This document shows, one piece after another, positions 35,653-48,735 of a DNA stretch of 64,000 nucleotides; the stretch's first letter is position 1; each line of letters opens with the position of its first letter. The stretch is from contig NC_043009.1 in assembly GCF_006345805.1 (NCBI RefSeq), positions 8,432,001-8,496,000 of the forward strand, written 5' to 3'. Below the pieces are notes generated by a model. It searched no databases and was not told where the DNA came from. It saw only the letters and a program-made list of their open reading frames with translations. Both the position numbers and the translations under genes were made by a program. The DNA comes from Octopus sinensis (Eukaryota).

Positions 35653-38320
35653 ATAAATAGACCATGCACATGTGAATACACACACACTCTGGAGGTATCC
35701 ATTGGTCTCACAAGATCAAGTATCTGCACCTGCAACGTGTTGCTTTGGCTTTGTTAACAAAGCAGCATCTGCTATGACTATAAAGATCTACATTTGAGGG
35801 ACAGTCCTGGCTGCATTTAAAGACACTGTCTTCTGCCAGTTCTTGTCTTGATGCTTTTTTTTCCCCTCTATTAATTTTGCTTTTCTTCATCAGAAAACTT
35901 CAGCCTTTCCTCTGGTCAGTTTATCTCCTTTTCTAATGGAGATTTCACCCACCACCACCCCTACAAGTCTAACAACTACACAAAGCAAACCAGGGTAAGC
36001 CCTTGCCCACAGACAAAAATTTTACCTGCATTCAAATTTGAAACTTTCTAATTGACAAAGTACTCTTAGTATTATAGGAGTGGGTGTTACTGTCAGATCA
36101 AAATGTAAGTTGTTTTTGACACTCCATAAAGCACACACAAATTTCTGTTAGTCATAATGCTTGTTTTTTGATGTTGTTGTTGTTGTCTTTTTTCTTTTTT
36201 TTACATTAACACGCAAGTCAGAATAGCTATAAATTGATAATGTCATAGTTACACCTTTATTAGAGTCAATTAATATTTGGTATTTTCCCCCCCCACCAAA
36301 AAAAAAAATAATAATAATAATAAATAGCAACAACAACAATAATAATAATAATAAAGAAAAAGAAAACACCTTCTCATGAGTCTTAACATTTGTCTAGGCT
36401 GGTTGTTGGTTGCATCATTACAAATTAAGTGCAGTAATTTTGAATGCTGACAGCATTTGCAGTTAATTTTCCTATTTTTATTAAAAGTACTAAATCAATA
36501 TTGTAAAGTGCATAAATAAACCATTTTGCAATGGCTTCAAATAATAAAAAAGAAAAGCAGTCTGTGCTCAGTGAATAATGGTTTGATAATTATTTTCACA
36601 TAGGAACAGAGAGAGAGAGAGTGTGTGTGTGTGTAGGTGTTGCGCATACATGCACGTGCTTGCACATATGTGTTATATTAATACAATTTTGACCATGCAT
36701 AAGAAGTACAAAAAGAAAGAAACTGAGAGGAGCTTTGCATTTAGATCATTAGATATGTCCTTGATATAAGAAATGGCTATTGAGTCTTCTGTTAAATGTT
36801 GCCTAACATACATTACTGGCCTCTATGTATAATTCTAATGGGCTTATTGTATAAAGTTTTCAGGGGCATTACAACTCATCTGAAAATAGTAAAAGAAGTT
36901 AAGTAAAGAAAGACAGCAATGGTAGCCAAAACTGCATCCAGTGTACGGAGGATAAAACACAAGGAGTCAGAAAAGCAAACAGTGAAAGAGCCATAAAGAG
37001 GAAAGGTTGTATAAGCACATCAGGTGTAGTGTTAGTAAATTTCAGGAAACATGGAATTTTTGAAGTTTGAAAATGTTTCCAAAAGTCATGGGGTGGTTCT
37101 CTATTTTTTGATTTTATAAGTGTGTCTGTGGATGGCAGAGATATTGAATTCCAAAAAGTGGCCAAAGCTGTTCTTTAAAAGCTGATGGATAATCTTATTG
37201 GCTTTTACCAAATCAGTCACTAGATGTTAGTACTTTAATGTGATGATACTCAGAGAAACAAGATCTTAAAGAAATGCATGGTGTTTAGTGGAAGGTATTC
37301 ATTTGATTGCACTTCTCTGGACAGCTTCCAGCAAACTGATATTCTGGACATGATGGAATTCCAGACTGGAGACGTAAACTGTAAATGTGGACATTTCATA
37401 GCAATAAACAACTTCAAATAGATAACCAGTGAAGTCAGAGTCTGAATGCTGGTAAGACACCTTCAGCCTTTTGATGATTTTAGAAATGTGGTTTGTTCAA
37501 CACAGATTATTGTTGACAATAAAACCTAGGTCATGTTCACTGGCAAACTTCTCAAGGTTGCTGTTGTGAAAAGGTAAATTCTAGGTTTTCCTCTTCAAAT
37601 GTATAGTGATGCACTTGTCTACAGTCAGCTTGAGTTGTCTGTCAGTAATACATTGCTATATTATGCCTAGATTGCAGGAAAGATCTTTAGTGTATAGGAT
37701 CCATTCTTTTATCTTAAAATACAGTTTAATGTCATCTATGTATTTTAATACTGTAACATGCTTTAGTTGCTAAGTTGGCATCTCTGTCATTAATACATAC
37801 AGCAAAGAGCAGAGGTTTAAGGACAGATCTCAACAGGACACTAGAATGGGTGTTGAATGTTGTTCTAGTATTGTAACTACCACTTTTCGGCCAAGAATGA
37901 AAATGTTCAACCAGTTATAAACATTAGCTCTCATGCTCATTGCAAAGGGCTTCACCATAAGAATGTGTTTTGTATAATGGGGCAAGAAATGAGACAAGGT
38001 AAAAATATAGAGAAAAGGTAAAAACAAATGGCCATAAACACTGAAAGTTCCTTTGTCAGCTGTTGACTGGACATCAAATGTGATTTTGACATTTACTCAA
38101 TATTGTTCCATCCAGCAGAATTAGTATCATTAGAGCTAGGAGAGATGCAGTCTTATGATATTTGGGCATGAAAATTACAAAACAGAGTGAAACAAAACGA
38201 AAAATATAGTGAGACTTCCTCCTAAGCAAATGAAAAAGGGACAGCACCAGTCATGAATGTGGAGAGTTGGAAGTAAAGCTAAAAGGGAATTAGTGTTAAT
38301 GTATGTGTATGTGTGTGTGT

Positions 38321-38370
<50 letters not shown>

Positions 38371-38372
<2 letters not shown>

Positions 38373-38590
38373 GGTGGCAAGCTGGCAGAATCATTAGCAT
38401 GCCAGGCAAAATGCTTAGTGGCATTTCATTCATCTTGATGATCTAAGTTCAAATTCCACCAAGTTCGACTTTGCCTTTCATCCTTTCAGGGTCAATAAAA
38501 TAGATACCAGTTAAACACTGAGGTCAATGTAATTTGACTTAAACTCATCCCCAGAACTTGCTCATCTTCTGCAAAAATTTTAATTAAAAT
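38371..38590 (+). mobile_element. SINE-B copy
   Basis: GGCAAGCTGGCAGAATC..TCATCCTTTCAGGGTCAATAAAA. Confidence 0.85.
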
Positions 38591-39223
38591 GTGTGTGTGT
38601 GTGTGCTGATGATGTCTCTAAGTTATAACAGTCAATGATTTATTACCCTTCTCTCTCACTCTCCCCTCTTGCTTATGCATACAGAGAGAGAAAGAGACCC
38701 ATTCATCACCACTCACAGACTGTATAGTGTATAGGATCTGTTCTTTTTAACCACTCTTTGTTTAATTCGCATAGACACAAAGTCATATAATTGGCTCTAA
38801 TTATACTGTGTGACCTCTTAATGAGTGGCAATCTTTTCTTAACTCCTTAGGGATAAGGATAACTTTGTAGGAATTTGACTTCTTTTTTTGCTCTGTTTTT
38901 ACAGTTGATATCCCCTTCCCATCACTGACCACTTTACAGCCTGGGTTTCATACATTATTTTTTTCCTTTCCATCAGCGCTAGAAGTGGTTGTCTGCAAGA
39001 AGGACAAGAGAATCCCCTTTACATGGCATTTGTGAGTATGCATGTGAATGTGGTGCTGGTGGTGGTGGTGGTGGTGGGGATGTGATTCACTGTTATCTTA
39101 GATGGATAGGTTGCCTGTGAATGCAACTTGCAGAGTTCGTGCCTCTTCCATTCATTCCAGATATGGCTGTGTAGTTAAGTAGCTCACTCTGCATGGCACC
39201 TTGAGCAGAGTGTCTTCCACTGT

Positions 39224-39747
39224 TGTTGTTGGCATCCTTTTTGTCTCGGGGAGACAATGGAGTTGCGCATAAAATAGTCTAGTCCGGCTTTTACATTTCA
39301 TTTCCTGATACATTTCCTGCTGTGGCTGTGTAGTCCTATCATGGACTCATCACTCGTGACTGTTACCTCCCGTGTTGTTTCTGCAGCTTTTTACAGCAGC
39401 ACTGAAGTGTCCTCTCCAGTTTTGCGCAGGCCTGGGCTAGAGATAAGAAAGTCCTGGGTAGCCCAATCGTCAGGTTTCCTCTCTCGACCTTGCTGATGTA
39501 GTCCAAAGGAGTGCAGAGCATTACGTTTGGAACCAGCTTGGTTGCAGGAGCTGCCAGAAGAGTGTCGAGTCGAACACTGAACCGCCTTCGGGGCTCCGCT
39601 CCGGATTTCTTTGAAGGTTGTCTCCTTTCCGTAACCCTGGATAGGGGCCCATACTGGGTATTGTCAGCCGGAGCCAGCTGAGCCCAGAACTCGTGTCAGG
39701 CAGGGTCATCACTCCCTGAAGTAGTGAAGAAGTTCGCTACCCACTAC
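39224..39747 (-). mobile_element. bipartite non-autonomous RTE(BovB-like)-derived retroposon inserted in a SINE-A
   Basis: 10-bp TSD CTTCCACTGT at 39214-39223 and 39748-39757; GC-rich RTE-5'UTR-like part; 3' end GCAACTCCATTGTCTCCCCGAGACAAAAAGGATGCC(AAC)n; no ORF. Confidence 0.75.
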
Positions 39748-39801
39748 CTTCCACTGTAGCTCAGCGGGTAACCATTTGGTAGATAAAAATTATATGGAAG
39801 C

Positions 39802-39839
<38 letters not shown>

Positions 39840-39842
<3 letters not shown>

Positions 39843-40163
39843 ATGCCAGTGGCATGTGAAAAAACACTCAAGTGAGGTTGTTGCCAGTGCCGCTGGACTA
39901 GCCCCTGTGCAGGTGGTACGTGAAAAACACCATTTGAGCATGGCCATTGCCAGTAATGCCTGACTGGCCCTCGTGCCAGCGGCACGTAAAAGCACCCACT
40001 ACACTCTCAGAGTGGTTGGTGTTAGGAAGGGCATCCAGCTGTAGAAACTCTGCCAGATCAGATTGGAGCCTGGTGCAGCCATCTGGTTCACCAGTCCTCA
40101 GTCAAATCGTCCAACCCATGCTAGCATGGAAAGCGGACGGTAAACGATGATGATGATGATGAT
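39840..40163 (+). mobile_element. repeat-D, young
   Basis: Very similar to 15720-16068. Confidence 0.9.
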
Positions 40164-40164
40164 A

Positions 40165-40420
40165 TGTGTGTGTGTATGTGCATATATGTATGTCTTTGTG
40201 TCTGTGCTTGTACCACCCACCCTACTCATCTACTGCTTGGAAACCAGTGTTGGTTTGTTTATATCCCCCTAACTTTCCAGTTTGGCAAAAGAGACAGAAT
40301 AAGTACCAAACTTAAAAAATAAGTACTGTGGGGGAGCAATCTGTTCAACTGGAACCCTTCAGGACAGTGCCTCGGCATAGGTTCAATCCTATTTTTGGAA
40401 CCAGTGAAAAGTAAAAGATA
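40165..40420 (+). mobile_element. SINE-A 3' half
   Basis: AACCAGTGTTGGTTTGTTTA..GAATAAGTACC..TGAAAAGTAAAAGA. Confidence 0.7.
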
Positions 40421-42370
40421 TCTTTTATAGCCATGGGAGAACCTAATCATAGGAAGACGTTGGCATCTGTCAGATTTATGATATATTTACACATGAACAC
40501 ACACACACACACACACACACACTTGGATATGACATAAACATGTGCAGTCATTCACTGACACCAATGCATATATAAAACATCGATCGCTGTTCATGAAATC
40601 AAAAACTCCAAATAATATATTCCATAAAATGTAACTCTATCAATTGTCATCAACATCATCGTTATCATTATCATCATTATAATTATCACCGTCACTTCCT
40701 CCACTCTTTTCTTGATATTCTTTAATTCCAGGAGTTCATTCAAACATGAAATCATTCCCTATACCACTACCACTTTCTCATCAACTCCCAGAAAACTGTA
40801 GACATTCCTATCACTGGTGGAAGGAAAGATGGAGACAGGGGCATAAAATGAAAAAAAAAAAAAGTGTTTCCTTGAAATGAATGTTTGTGCTGTCAGTCTT
40901 ATTTACATAAATTTGACTGATTGAACATCCTGTTTAATCTGATAAACATTCCTGCATTGCTTTCGAGTTCATCTTTGATCACTTGAGGATCTTGGCTCAA
41001 TTGCCTGGTTCTATTACCCACTATCATCACTATACACCAGATTTTGATGTATTGCCTGCCATTAACCATTATTACCACTATATGTAGATTTGATGTATCG
41101 GCTTCGCATAACATCATCTCCACCCCAACAACCACCTCACATCATAAATATAGCTGTATTGTCAGACAGGACTCAACTACCATTTTTGAAGAACCCCCAG
41201 CCAATCCTGCCTGCATTTACCTATCAATTTACTACAGAGACAATTTCTAGCTAGTGAGGGAACATTGACAGAGTTATTTCTCTGGCTAAAAGTAGCAACC
41301 AAATCTCCCTCAAATAACACCTTTGTTGTGTTGAATCAGAAATGACATATCTAGACAACATAGCTGTCTAAATGATCCTAGCTGGAACACCTTTGGTCTT
41401 GGGTCTCCTCAATCAAAACTGGCTGAGGGCTAAACAGCAACACTTGCAAATTAGCAAACCTGTCTGTCTTTGCCTTTTTACCTCTCATCATCAATCATTA
41501 CCTATTTATCCATTTATTGAGAAAGCCCGTGCTTGACTGTCTGATCTACTAACACCAGTACTCCCTTCTTTTTCATTATTTTATCATGTCTTCACTTTTG
41601 TGATACTCTTTTTTCCTCCATCTCTTCCTCTTACTCTATATCTCTTCTCAAATCCCTTTCACTCTCTTTGTACACTGTTCCCCTCTCTCTCTCTCTCTCT
41701 CTCTCCATCTTTCTTTCTGTTTCTTGCGATCTCTCTTTCATTCTTACTCTATCACTCACTCTCTTTCTTTTTGCTCTCTTAATCTTTTTCTCCTTACTCT
41801 TCTCTTTCTCTCTCACATCATTTCTATACCATGCCTTGCTCTTCTTCGCCCCCCCCCCGTCCTCTCTCACCCTCCCCTCCACTTACATCTACCACCTTTA
41901 TATCCTGCCTACAAACAGGTATGGTGATAGCAAGCAATTAAATAAGTGTTTCTAATTCTAAACAACAACTGCACCACCCACTATTTTGGGGTTGTCTCTA
42001 TCAAAAGAAGTCAACGAGGAGCCTGACATAGAGTTAAGTTACTCCATTGAACCCTTCACAAAACTGCCAATTACCTCTTCTCATGAGCCCCTCTTAACAC
42101 CACCACCACCACCATTGACCCCACACACACCTTCCACTGCCACCACCACCTTTGAATACATTCAAAACAAACTACTTTCTACATGTTGGATCTACCTACC
42201 ACCTATAACAGCACTACAAACAACACTCAACCCATTTCACCAGTGAACTGGGGTAAGGGGAAAAAAAAAAAATTACACTTCCCTTTAGGAAATAATTTCT
42301 AAAATCAGAAAGCAAAAAAAGGAACAACTCTCACTTTTCCTACCTGTTCCCAGTACTCCTTCTTTCTGCA

Positions 42371-42420
42371 TGTCTCTCTCTCTCTCTCAATCTATCTGTC
42401 TGTCTGTCTGCCTGTCTCTA

Positions 42421-42464
<44 letters not shown>

Positions 42465-42640
42465 CCTATCTCTCTCTCTCTCTCTCAATCTATCTATCTA
42501 TCTATCTATCTACCTATCTCTATCTATCTATCTATCTCTCTTTCTCTTTCTCTCTCTCTCTCTCTATCTACCTATCTATTTATCTCTCTCTATCTATCTA
42601 CCTCTCTCTCTCTCTCTCTATTTATCTATCTATCTATCCC
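42371..42640. repeat. (CT)n/(CTAT)n compound microsatellite
   Basis: Directly visible. Confidence 0.95.
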
Positions 42641-43379
42641 CCCACCATCCTACTTCTCTCTCAAGGGGGGAGGCGGAAGAGAGAGAGGAGATGAATGCAT
42701 GTGTTCATCTTCAATATTTCACTTCCCATATTTATAGGATGTCATCCGTCTGATAATATCTCATAGGGGTGGAGTGGGTTTTTCTTTCATAAATGGCTCT
42801 AAGTAGTTATTTTTTTTGTATGTGTTATGCGTGTTGCTTTCTTTTACTTTTGTTTTTCTTTACTGGCTTGATCTAGCAGATGAGGGTTTGTGACCATGGC
42901 CTACACAAGTCCACGTCTTCTGGGACTCGCTAAAATCAATGTAGTTGATGTTTCTTTTTATGAGTAGATGGTTGTGTGTATGCTTCTATGTGCCTGTGTA
43001 TACATTTCAACATGCATGCATGTATGTGTAAGTTTGCATTTTTGTGTGTGTGTGCTTGTGTATGTTCTTCTGTATGGCCGTGTTTTGCGTGTGTGTGTGT
43101 GTAGAATCTTAGTATGCCTGTCTGCATGTATATGTACATATTTGTGTAAACATCGCGTTTATGTGATTTTATGTGTCTAAATGTTTGTGCAAGTGTGTGT
43201 GTGTGTGTGTGTGTACTTGTCCTACATTACTTTATTTTCTATTTTACTTTCTTAACCTCCGTATGATGTACTTGATTGATTGCATAAGTCTTCCTCATTT
43301 TATTACTGGTATTTATTACTTGTGCATATTTTTACCAACCCAAGAGGATGAAAGGTGGAGACGATGCCAGCAAAGTTTA

Positions 43380-43862
43380 ACTAGCCTGGTCAGCCTGTAA
43401 TGATATACATAAGATCTGGTCATAAAATCTAAGTAGAGGTTTCAAACTTAAAATCTTCAAAGCCACAGTTGAACCAATTCTATATGGCTCAGAAACCTGG
43501 ACATTATCAAAGAAGCTTGAGAGGCGGTTGGATGGAACTTACACTCGCCTCCTTATGAGAGCTCAAAATCTCTCATGGAAGCGTCATCCAACAATAGTAC
43601 AAATATATGGAAAACTACCACCTGTATCATCTCCTGTGGACATTGTTGTAAAGCTGAAAACGAGGCAATTTCTCCTCTTCTCCTTTGGAAGCCATCTGCT
43701 CATGATACCAGAGGGCGCACACTCTCCTACCCTGATGTAATCTCCAGGGATACAGGCATCCAGCAACAGGACCTCCGTAATGCCATGATGGACCGTGAAG
43801 TCTGGCGTAGCATAGTAAATTCCATTGTCTCGACCACGGTCGAACAATGATGATGATGATTA
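43380..43862 (+). mobile_element. 3' end of a second RTE-type (RTEX-like) LINE lineage
   Basis: LAWSACND..KIFKATVEPILYGSETWTL..RLDGTYTRLL..MMDREVWR; stop codon runs into a (TGA)n tail; small internal deletion near 43635. Confidence 0.88.
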
Positions 43863-44027
43863 ACAAGCCGACTAAAAAAGGACTAAACTAGTTATTGGAC
43901 TGCATTTTAGTCCAATAATAAATGCACAGGAACAAACAAATGCATAAACTTGTTGGCTCTGATCAAGCAACGGATCATCAAAAACCAATCAACCTTTTAT
44001 CATTACCATTTGTTTTTTTACTTGTTT

Positions 44028-44400
44028 CAGTCATTGAACTGTGACCATGCTGGGGCACTGCCTTGAAGGGTTTAGTTGAACATATCGACCCCAGTATTTA
44101 TTTTTTAAGTCTGGTGGCTTATTCTGTTGGTCTCTTTTCCTTAACTGCTAAGCTAAAGGGATGTAAACAAACCAACACCAGTTGTTGGACGGTGGGAGGT
44201 AACAAACACAAATATAAAGACATACACACACATACATACATACATACATGCATATATCTCTGTAAGATGAGCTTCCACACCATTTCCATTTACCAAATTT
44301 CCTCCTGTGGTATTGGTTGGTCAGGTGCAATGATAGAAGACACTTGCCCAACGTGCCACACTATGGAACTGTTCTTTAACCGCACAGCAAAACCTGTGCC
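44028..44400 (-). mobile_element. SINE-A, diverged
   Basis: TTTTACTTGTTTCAGTC..GAAGACACTTGCCCAA. Confidence 0.8.
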
Positions 44401-44612
44401 TTGGTATTTTTTCCAGACATAGTTTACCTTGGAAAGTGCTAACCAATGTAGCCTTCTATTTTTAAGGTAGTATGTTGTAATTCCAAGGAAATTTCACTGC
44501 TATATATCTTACCCAGTGGCAAATATATCTTCTAAATCTTCCACTGTTTTTGTACACAAAACTTAGAGGTAGAGGGGCATGGTCAATTGAATTGACTGAT
44601 AAAATGACTAAT

Positions 44613-45231
44613 TTAACTTTTTAGCATTTAAACCAGCTATCTCTGGCCAAAATATTCTACCTGTTTTATACTTAAACTGACCAAATGTGGCCTCTCACAC
44701 TTATCCTACAATGGTATTCTAAAAACTAACAATCATCTCAATAAAATTTCATAACTCTTTTACTCTTTTACTTGTTTCAGTCATTTGACTGTGGCCATGC
44801 TGGAGCGCTGCCTTTAGTCGAGTAAATTGACCCCAGGACTTATTCTTTGTAAGCCTAGTACTTATTCTTTTGCCGAAGTGCTAAGTTACAGCGACATAAA
44901 CACACCAGCATCGGTTGTCAAGTGATGTTGGGGGGACAAACACAGACATACAAACACACACACACACATATATATATACATACATATATATACGACAGGC
45001 TTCTTTTAGTTTCCGTCTACCAAATCCACTCACAAGGCTTTGGTTGGCCCAAGGCTATAGTAGAAGGCACTTGCCCAAGGTGCCATGCAGTGGGACTGAA
45101 CCCGGAACCATGTGTTTCGCAAGCAAGCTACTTACCACACAGCCACTCCTAGGCCTATAATTAATTCACCTAAGTACATGTGAATAAGATGCATTACTTT
45201 TGAAAGAATAACGTGAATGCTAAAGGATTAA
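44613..45231. mobile_element. TTAA-flanked MITE interrupted by SINE-A
   Basis: TTAACTTTTTAGCATT..AATGCTAAAGGATTAA; a 3' half of the same family lies at 53100-53155. Confidence 0.75.
44757..45152 (-). mobile_element. SINE-A, full length
   Basis: High similarity to 5790-6202. Confidence 0.9.
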
Positions 45232-46895
45232 TTTATTAACCTTGAGAGGATGAAAAGCTAAGTGACCCTGATGAAACTTGAACCCAGACTCAGTGTACAG
45301 AAAAATGCAAAAAAACTGTTAAGAAATCTATCACTATATCTTCTCTGCCAATTTTGTATCCTGACAACAACATCAACATCATTCTTACACAGTACTTGTT
45401 AACATTGAATCTAATTTTTGTATAAATATATTATTGTTGTTGTTGTTTTTTTTTTTTTTTTATATTTATATCACATTTTGGTGATCATTAATGTTGTTGA
45501 TTACAGGTTTCCAATGGAGCAATTGCTAGTTCACAGTATTTCTAATGGTGAAAGTGACAAGCAATTGTCTGTGCAACCCAGACAGAACAAATAACACACT
45601 AGCTATTTTTATTCCAAAAACTGCTTGTTGTCTCTTTTCTCACTATTGTTTTACATCTTTTGTCAATAACACATCCTCAACACACACATGCACATGCAGA
45701 TACAAAAACGACAGATTTCTGTACAGCTTCTGTCTACAAAATTTCATTCACAATGCATTCATCAAACCTGAGGCTATTTATTATAAAAGACACTTGACCA
45801 GGATGCTGCAAAGTGGGATCAAACCCAGAGCCATGAGAATTAAAATTTTTTAACCATGCAGCCATACCTGTATGCACATATACATGTCTAGAAAACTGTT
45901 GTATTTCTGGTTTAATTGATATTAGAATTTGTGCTGCATGGCTCCATTAGGATATATGCAAAAACGAAAATATTTCCTGTAAAATTGCCAGCTATTTATA
46001 TAGCATCTAATGAGCCAATGAGGGAAGCTCTGCATGGTCATACAATCTACCAGAAATAGCTGCCAAATACCCCATAAATCACATCATCTCATTGTCTTGA
46101 AAAAGAACAGGATACGTTAAATGATGTAGACATAAATAATCCTATAAAAAAAAAACAGGATGGTTAATGGCTGAAATACCTTTATCATAGGGTTGGTCAA
46201 GTAGCCTAGGGCTAAACAACATCATAGTGTTTTAAGTATGTATCTAAGACCATGTGTGTGTGTGTCTGTGTGTATGTGTTTGTGAGTGTGAGCATGCTCG
46301 TTTATGAGTATATCTTTAGTAATGACTAATGTTATCTCTTATGATAATTGTATAATAAAATGACAAAGCAGTTTCCTAAATTATATTTGTTTCTTTTAAA
46401 CTGATTAAACAAGTATATGTATTATTAAATGTGTCTTTTGTGTATTTACTCTGTGGATGGGACGAGGGTGGGTGGGGGTGAGTGGGGGTGGATTCTATGT
46501 AAAAATTGGTTCCTTACCAAATTACCATATACTGTTTGTATGTCTGTACAAATATTTTATAATGACAATCCAACCTTATTTACCTTTCATTGGTGTTTGC
46601 ATTTCTATATACGTGTCGGTAAAATATTTACATTATTAATTGATTTCTCTGATTTTAAACCGCAGTGTGTGCGTGTGTGTGTGTGTGTGTAAATGTTTTG
46701 AGATGTACAAACAGGAGAAAGAGTACTCAATAGATTTAGGAGTTAATTTGTATCAAGTTAGTGATTCATTCTGTTGCTATGTGCCGTCTGTCCTTCAGGT
46801 GAAAATAAAAACAAAAAAAAAGATGTACATGACAGGATCAGACATAGCAGGAAACCTTGAGTAGTAAAAGAGAAAAACATTAACTAAGAATGTGT

Positions 46896-47083
46896 GTGTG
46901 TGTGTGTGTGTGTGTTGGTGGTATGTAAAAAGCACCAAGCCCATGCTGTAAAATAGTTGTCAATAGAAAGGGCGTCCAGCTGTAGAAAACATGGGACATG
47001 ATGCAGTGCTTGGTCCCATTAGATCTTGTCACACCATCCAACCCATGCTGGCATGGAATGTGGACAGTAAATGATGATGATGA

Positions 47084-47087
<4 letters not shown>
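46896..47087 (+). mobile_element. repeat-D copy
   Basis: GGGCGTCCAGCTGTAGAAA..CCAACCCATGCTGGCATGGAA..(GAT)n. Confidence 0.75.
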
Positions 47088-47120
<33 letters not shown>

Positions 47121-47387
47121 AGATAAGAAAATGGAGAAATACATCGAAATCAAATATCAATTACCAGATAATACTCAATCACATACTTTATTAAACCACC
47201 ACATAAGAGACTGTAGGGTTAAATATAAAAAGCAGAACAAATCAGTGTACATAAAGGAATGTACATAAAAATGTGTACATAAAAGAGTAATGTTGTATAA
47301 GTAGAATATATATAAAAGAGAATATAAATATAGGTAAATATAAATATAAGTATAGATTACATCTTACAGCTGTTTCGGCCCTCAATT

Positions 47388-47422
<35 letters not shown>

Positions 47423-47424
47423 TT

Positions 47425-47763
47425 AACAGAATGAGATAAAAATCCAAGGGTGTGAAAGATTTCAGAACATTGGTAAACAGAAGGTCTTACAGCTGTTTCC
47501 GGGATATTTTATATATCTCTTCATCAGAGACAATGGTTATGCAATAGTTATTCCAGATAGGATATGAAATAGAGAGTGAAGTGGAGGAATGAAAATAGAC
47601 ATGAGATATTTCATATCTTATCTAGAATAACTATTGCTTAACCATTTTCTCACACCGTCTCCGATTAGGGGATATATAAAATATCCCGGAAACAGCTGTA
47701 AGGACTTCTATTTATAAATGTTCTGAAATCTTTCACAGCCTTGGATTTTTATCTCATTCTGTT
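47425..47763. repeat. long inverted repeat (arms ~145-155 bp, 37-nt loop), Penelope-like termini
   Basis: Left arm 47425-47570 is the reverse complement of 47608-47763; contains CCGGAAACAGCTGTAAG; a third CTTACAGCTGTTTCGG at ~47362. Confidence 0.85.
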
Positions 47764-47784
47764 GATTTTTTTTATATATACAGA

Positions 47785-48385
47785 TGCTGATATGACCTAC
47801 GTTGGATCTACGTGATCACTTTGACACCTGACTTGTGATACACTGTGCACCTGATCATGCAACATCAATTTGATGGGGGGAGTGAGCTAATGTACAGCAC
47901 ATACATTTGGTCACTCTCTTTCTCTCTCTTTCTCTTTTACTTGTTTCAGTCATTTGACCGGCCGTGCTGGAGCACCGCCTTTAGTCGAGCAAATCGATTC
48001 CAGAACTTATTCTTTGTAAGCCTAGTACTTATTCTATCGGTCTCTCTTGCTGAACCGCTAAGTTACAGAGGACGTAAACACACCAGTATCAGTTGTCAAG
48101 CGATATTGAGGGGACAAACACACACACACACATATATACATATATACGACGGGCTTCATTCAGTTTCTGTCTACCAAATCCACTCACAAGGCTTTGGCCG
48201 ACCCAAGGCTATAGTAGAAGACACTTGCTCAAGGTGCCATGCAGTGGGACTGAACCCGGAACCATGTGAATGGTAAGCAAGCTACTTACCACACAGCCAC
48301 TCCTGCACCTATAAACAAATCATTTGTGCAGGTCATCCAGCAAAAGCTGAACACTCATACATCATCTTTGATGAGAGAGTCCATC
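47785..48385 (+). mobile_element. SINE-C-type 3' module interrupted by SINE-A
   Basis: CATTTGGTCACT | SINE-A | ATAAACAAATC reconstitutes ATTTGATCACTATAAACAAATC seen at 48650. Confidence 0.65.
47925..48310 (-). mobile_element. SINE-A, full length
   Basis: High similarity to 5790-6202. Confidence 0.9.
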
Positions 48386-48429
48386 AATTATATATATATA
48401 TGTGTGTGTGAATGTATATATATATAAGG

Positions 48430-48735
48430 AGTGAAGGTGCATGGCTTGGTGGTTAGAGTGTTGCATTCATGATTGTGAGATCATGGTTTCAATTTCTAGA
48501 CCGGGCGTAGCATTTTGTTCTTGAGCAAAACACTTCATTTCAAGTTGCTCTGCAATCATTTCATCATTTCACACGTGGTATGTTGTGCACCTTCCTGTAC
48601 AGGTAATGTCGATTTGATGGAGGGAAATGAGCTTATGTGAACACAGACATTTGATCACTATAAACAAATCATCTGTGTGGTTGAAATTGCAGAATCCTCA
48701 TGCATCATCTAACAAAGGAAGAGTCCATGATATGA
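48430..48735 (+). mobile_element. SINE-C with an alternative 3' module
   Basis: Head GGTGCATGGCTTGGTGGTTAG..TTCTTGAGCAAAACAC. Confidence 0.75.

Noticed and set aside
36880-37700. Moderately complex unique region suspected to be coding
   Set aside because: All frames are interrupted and I recognise no motif; left unannotated.
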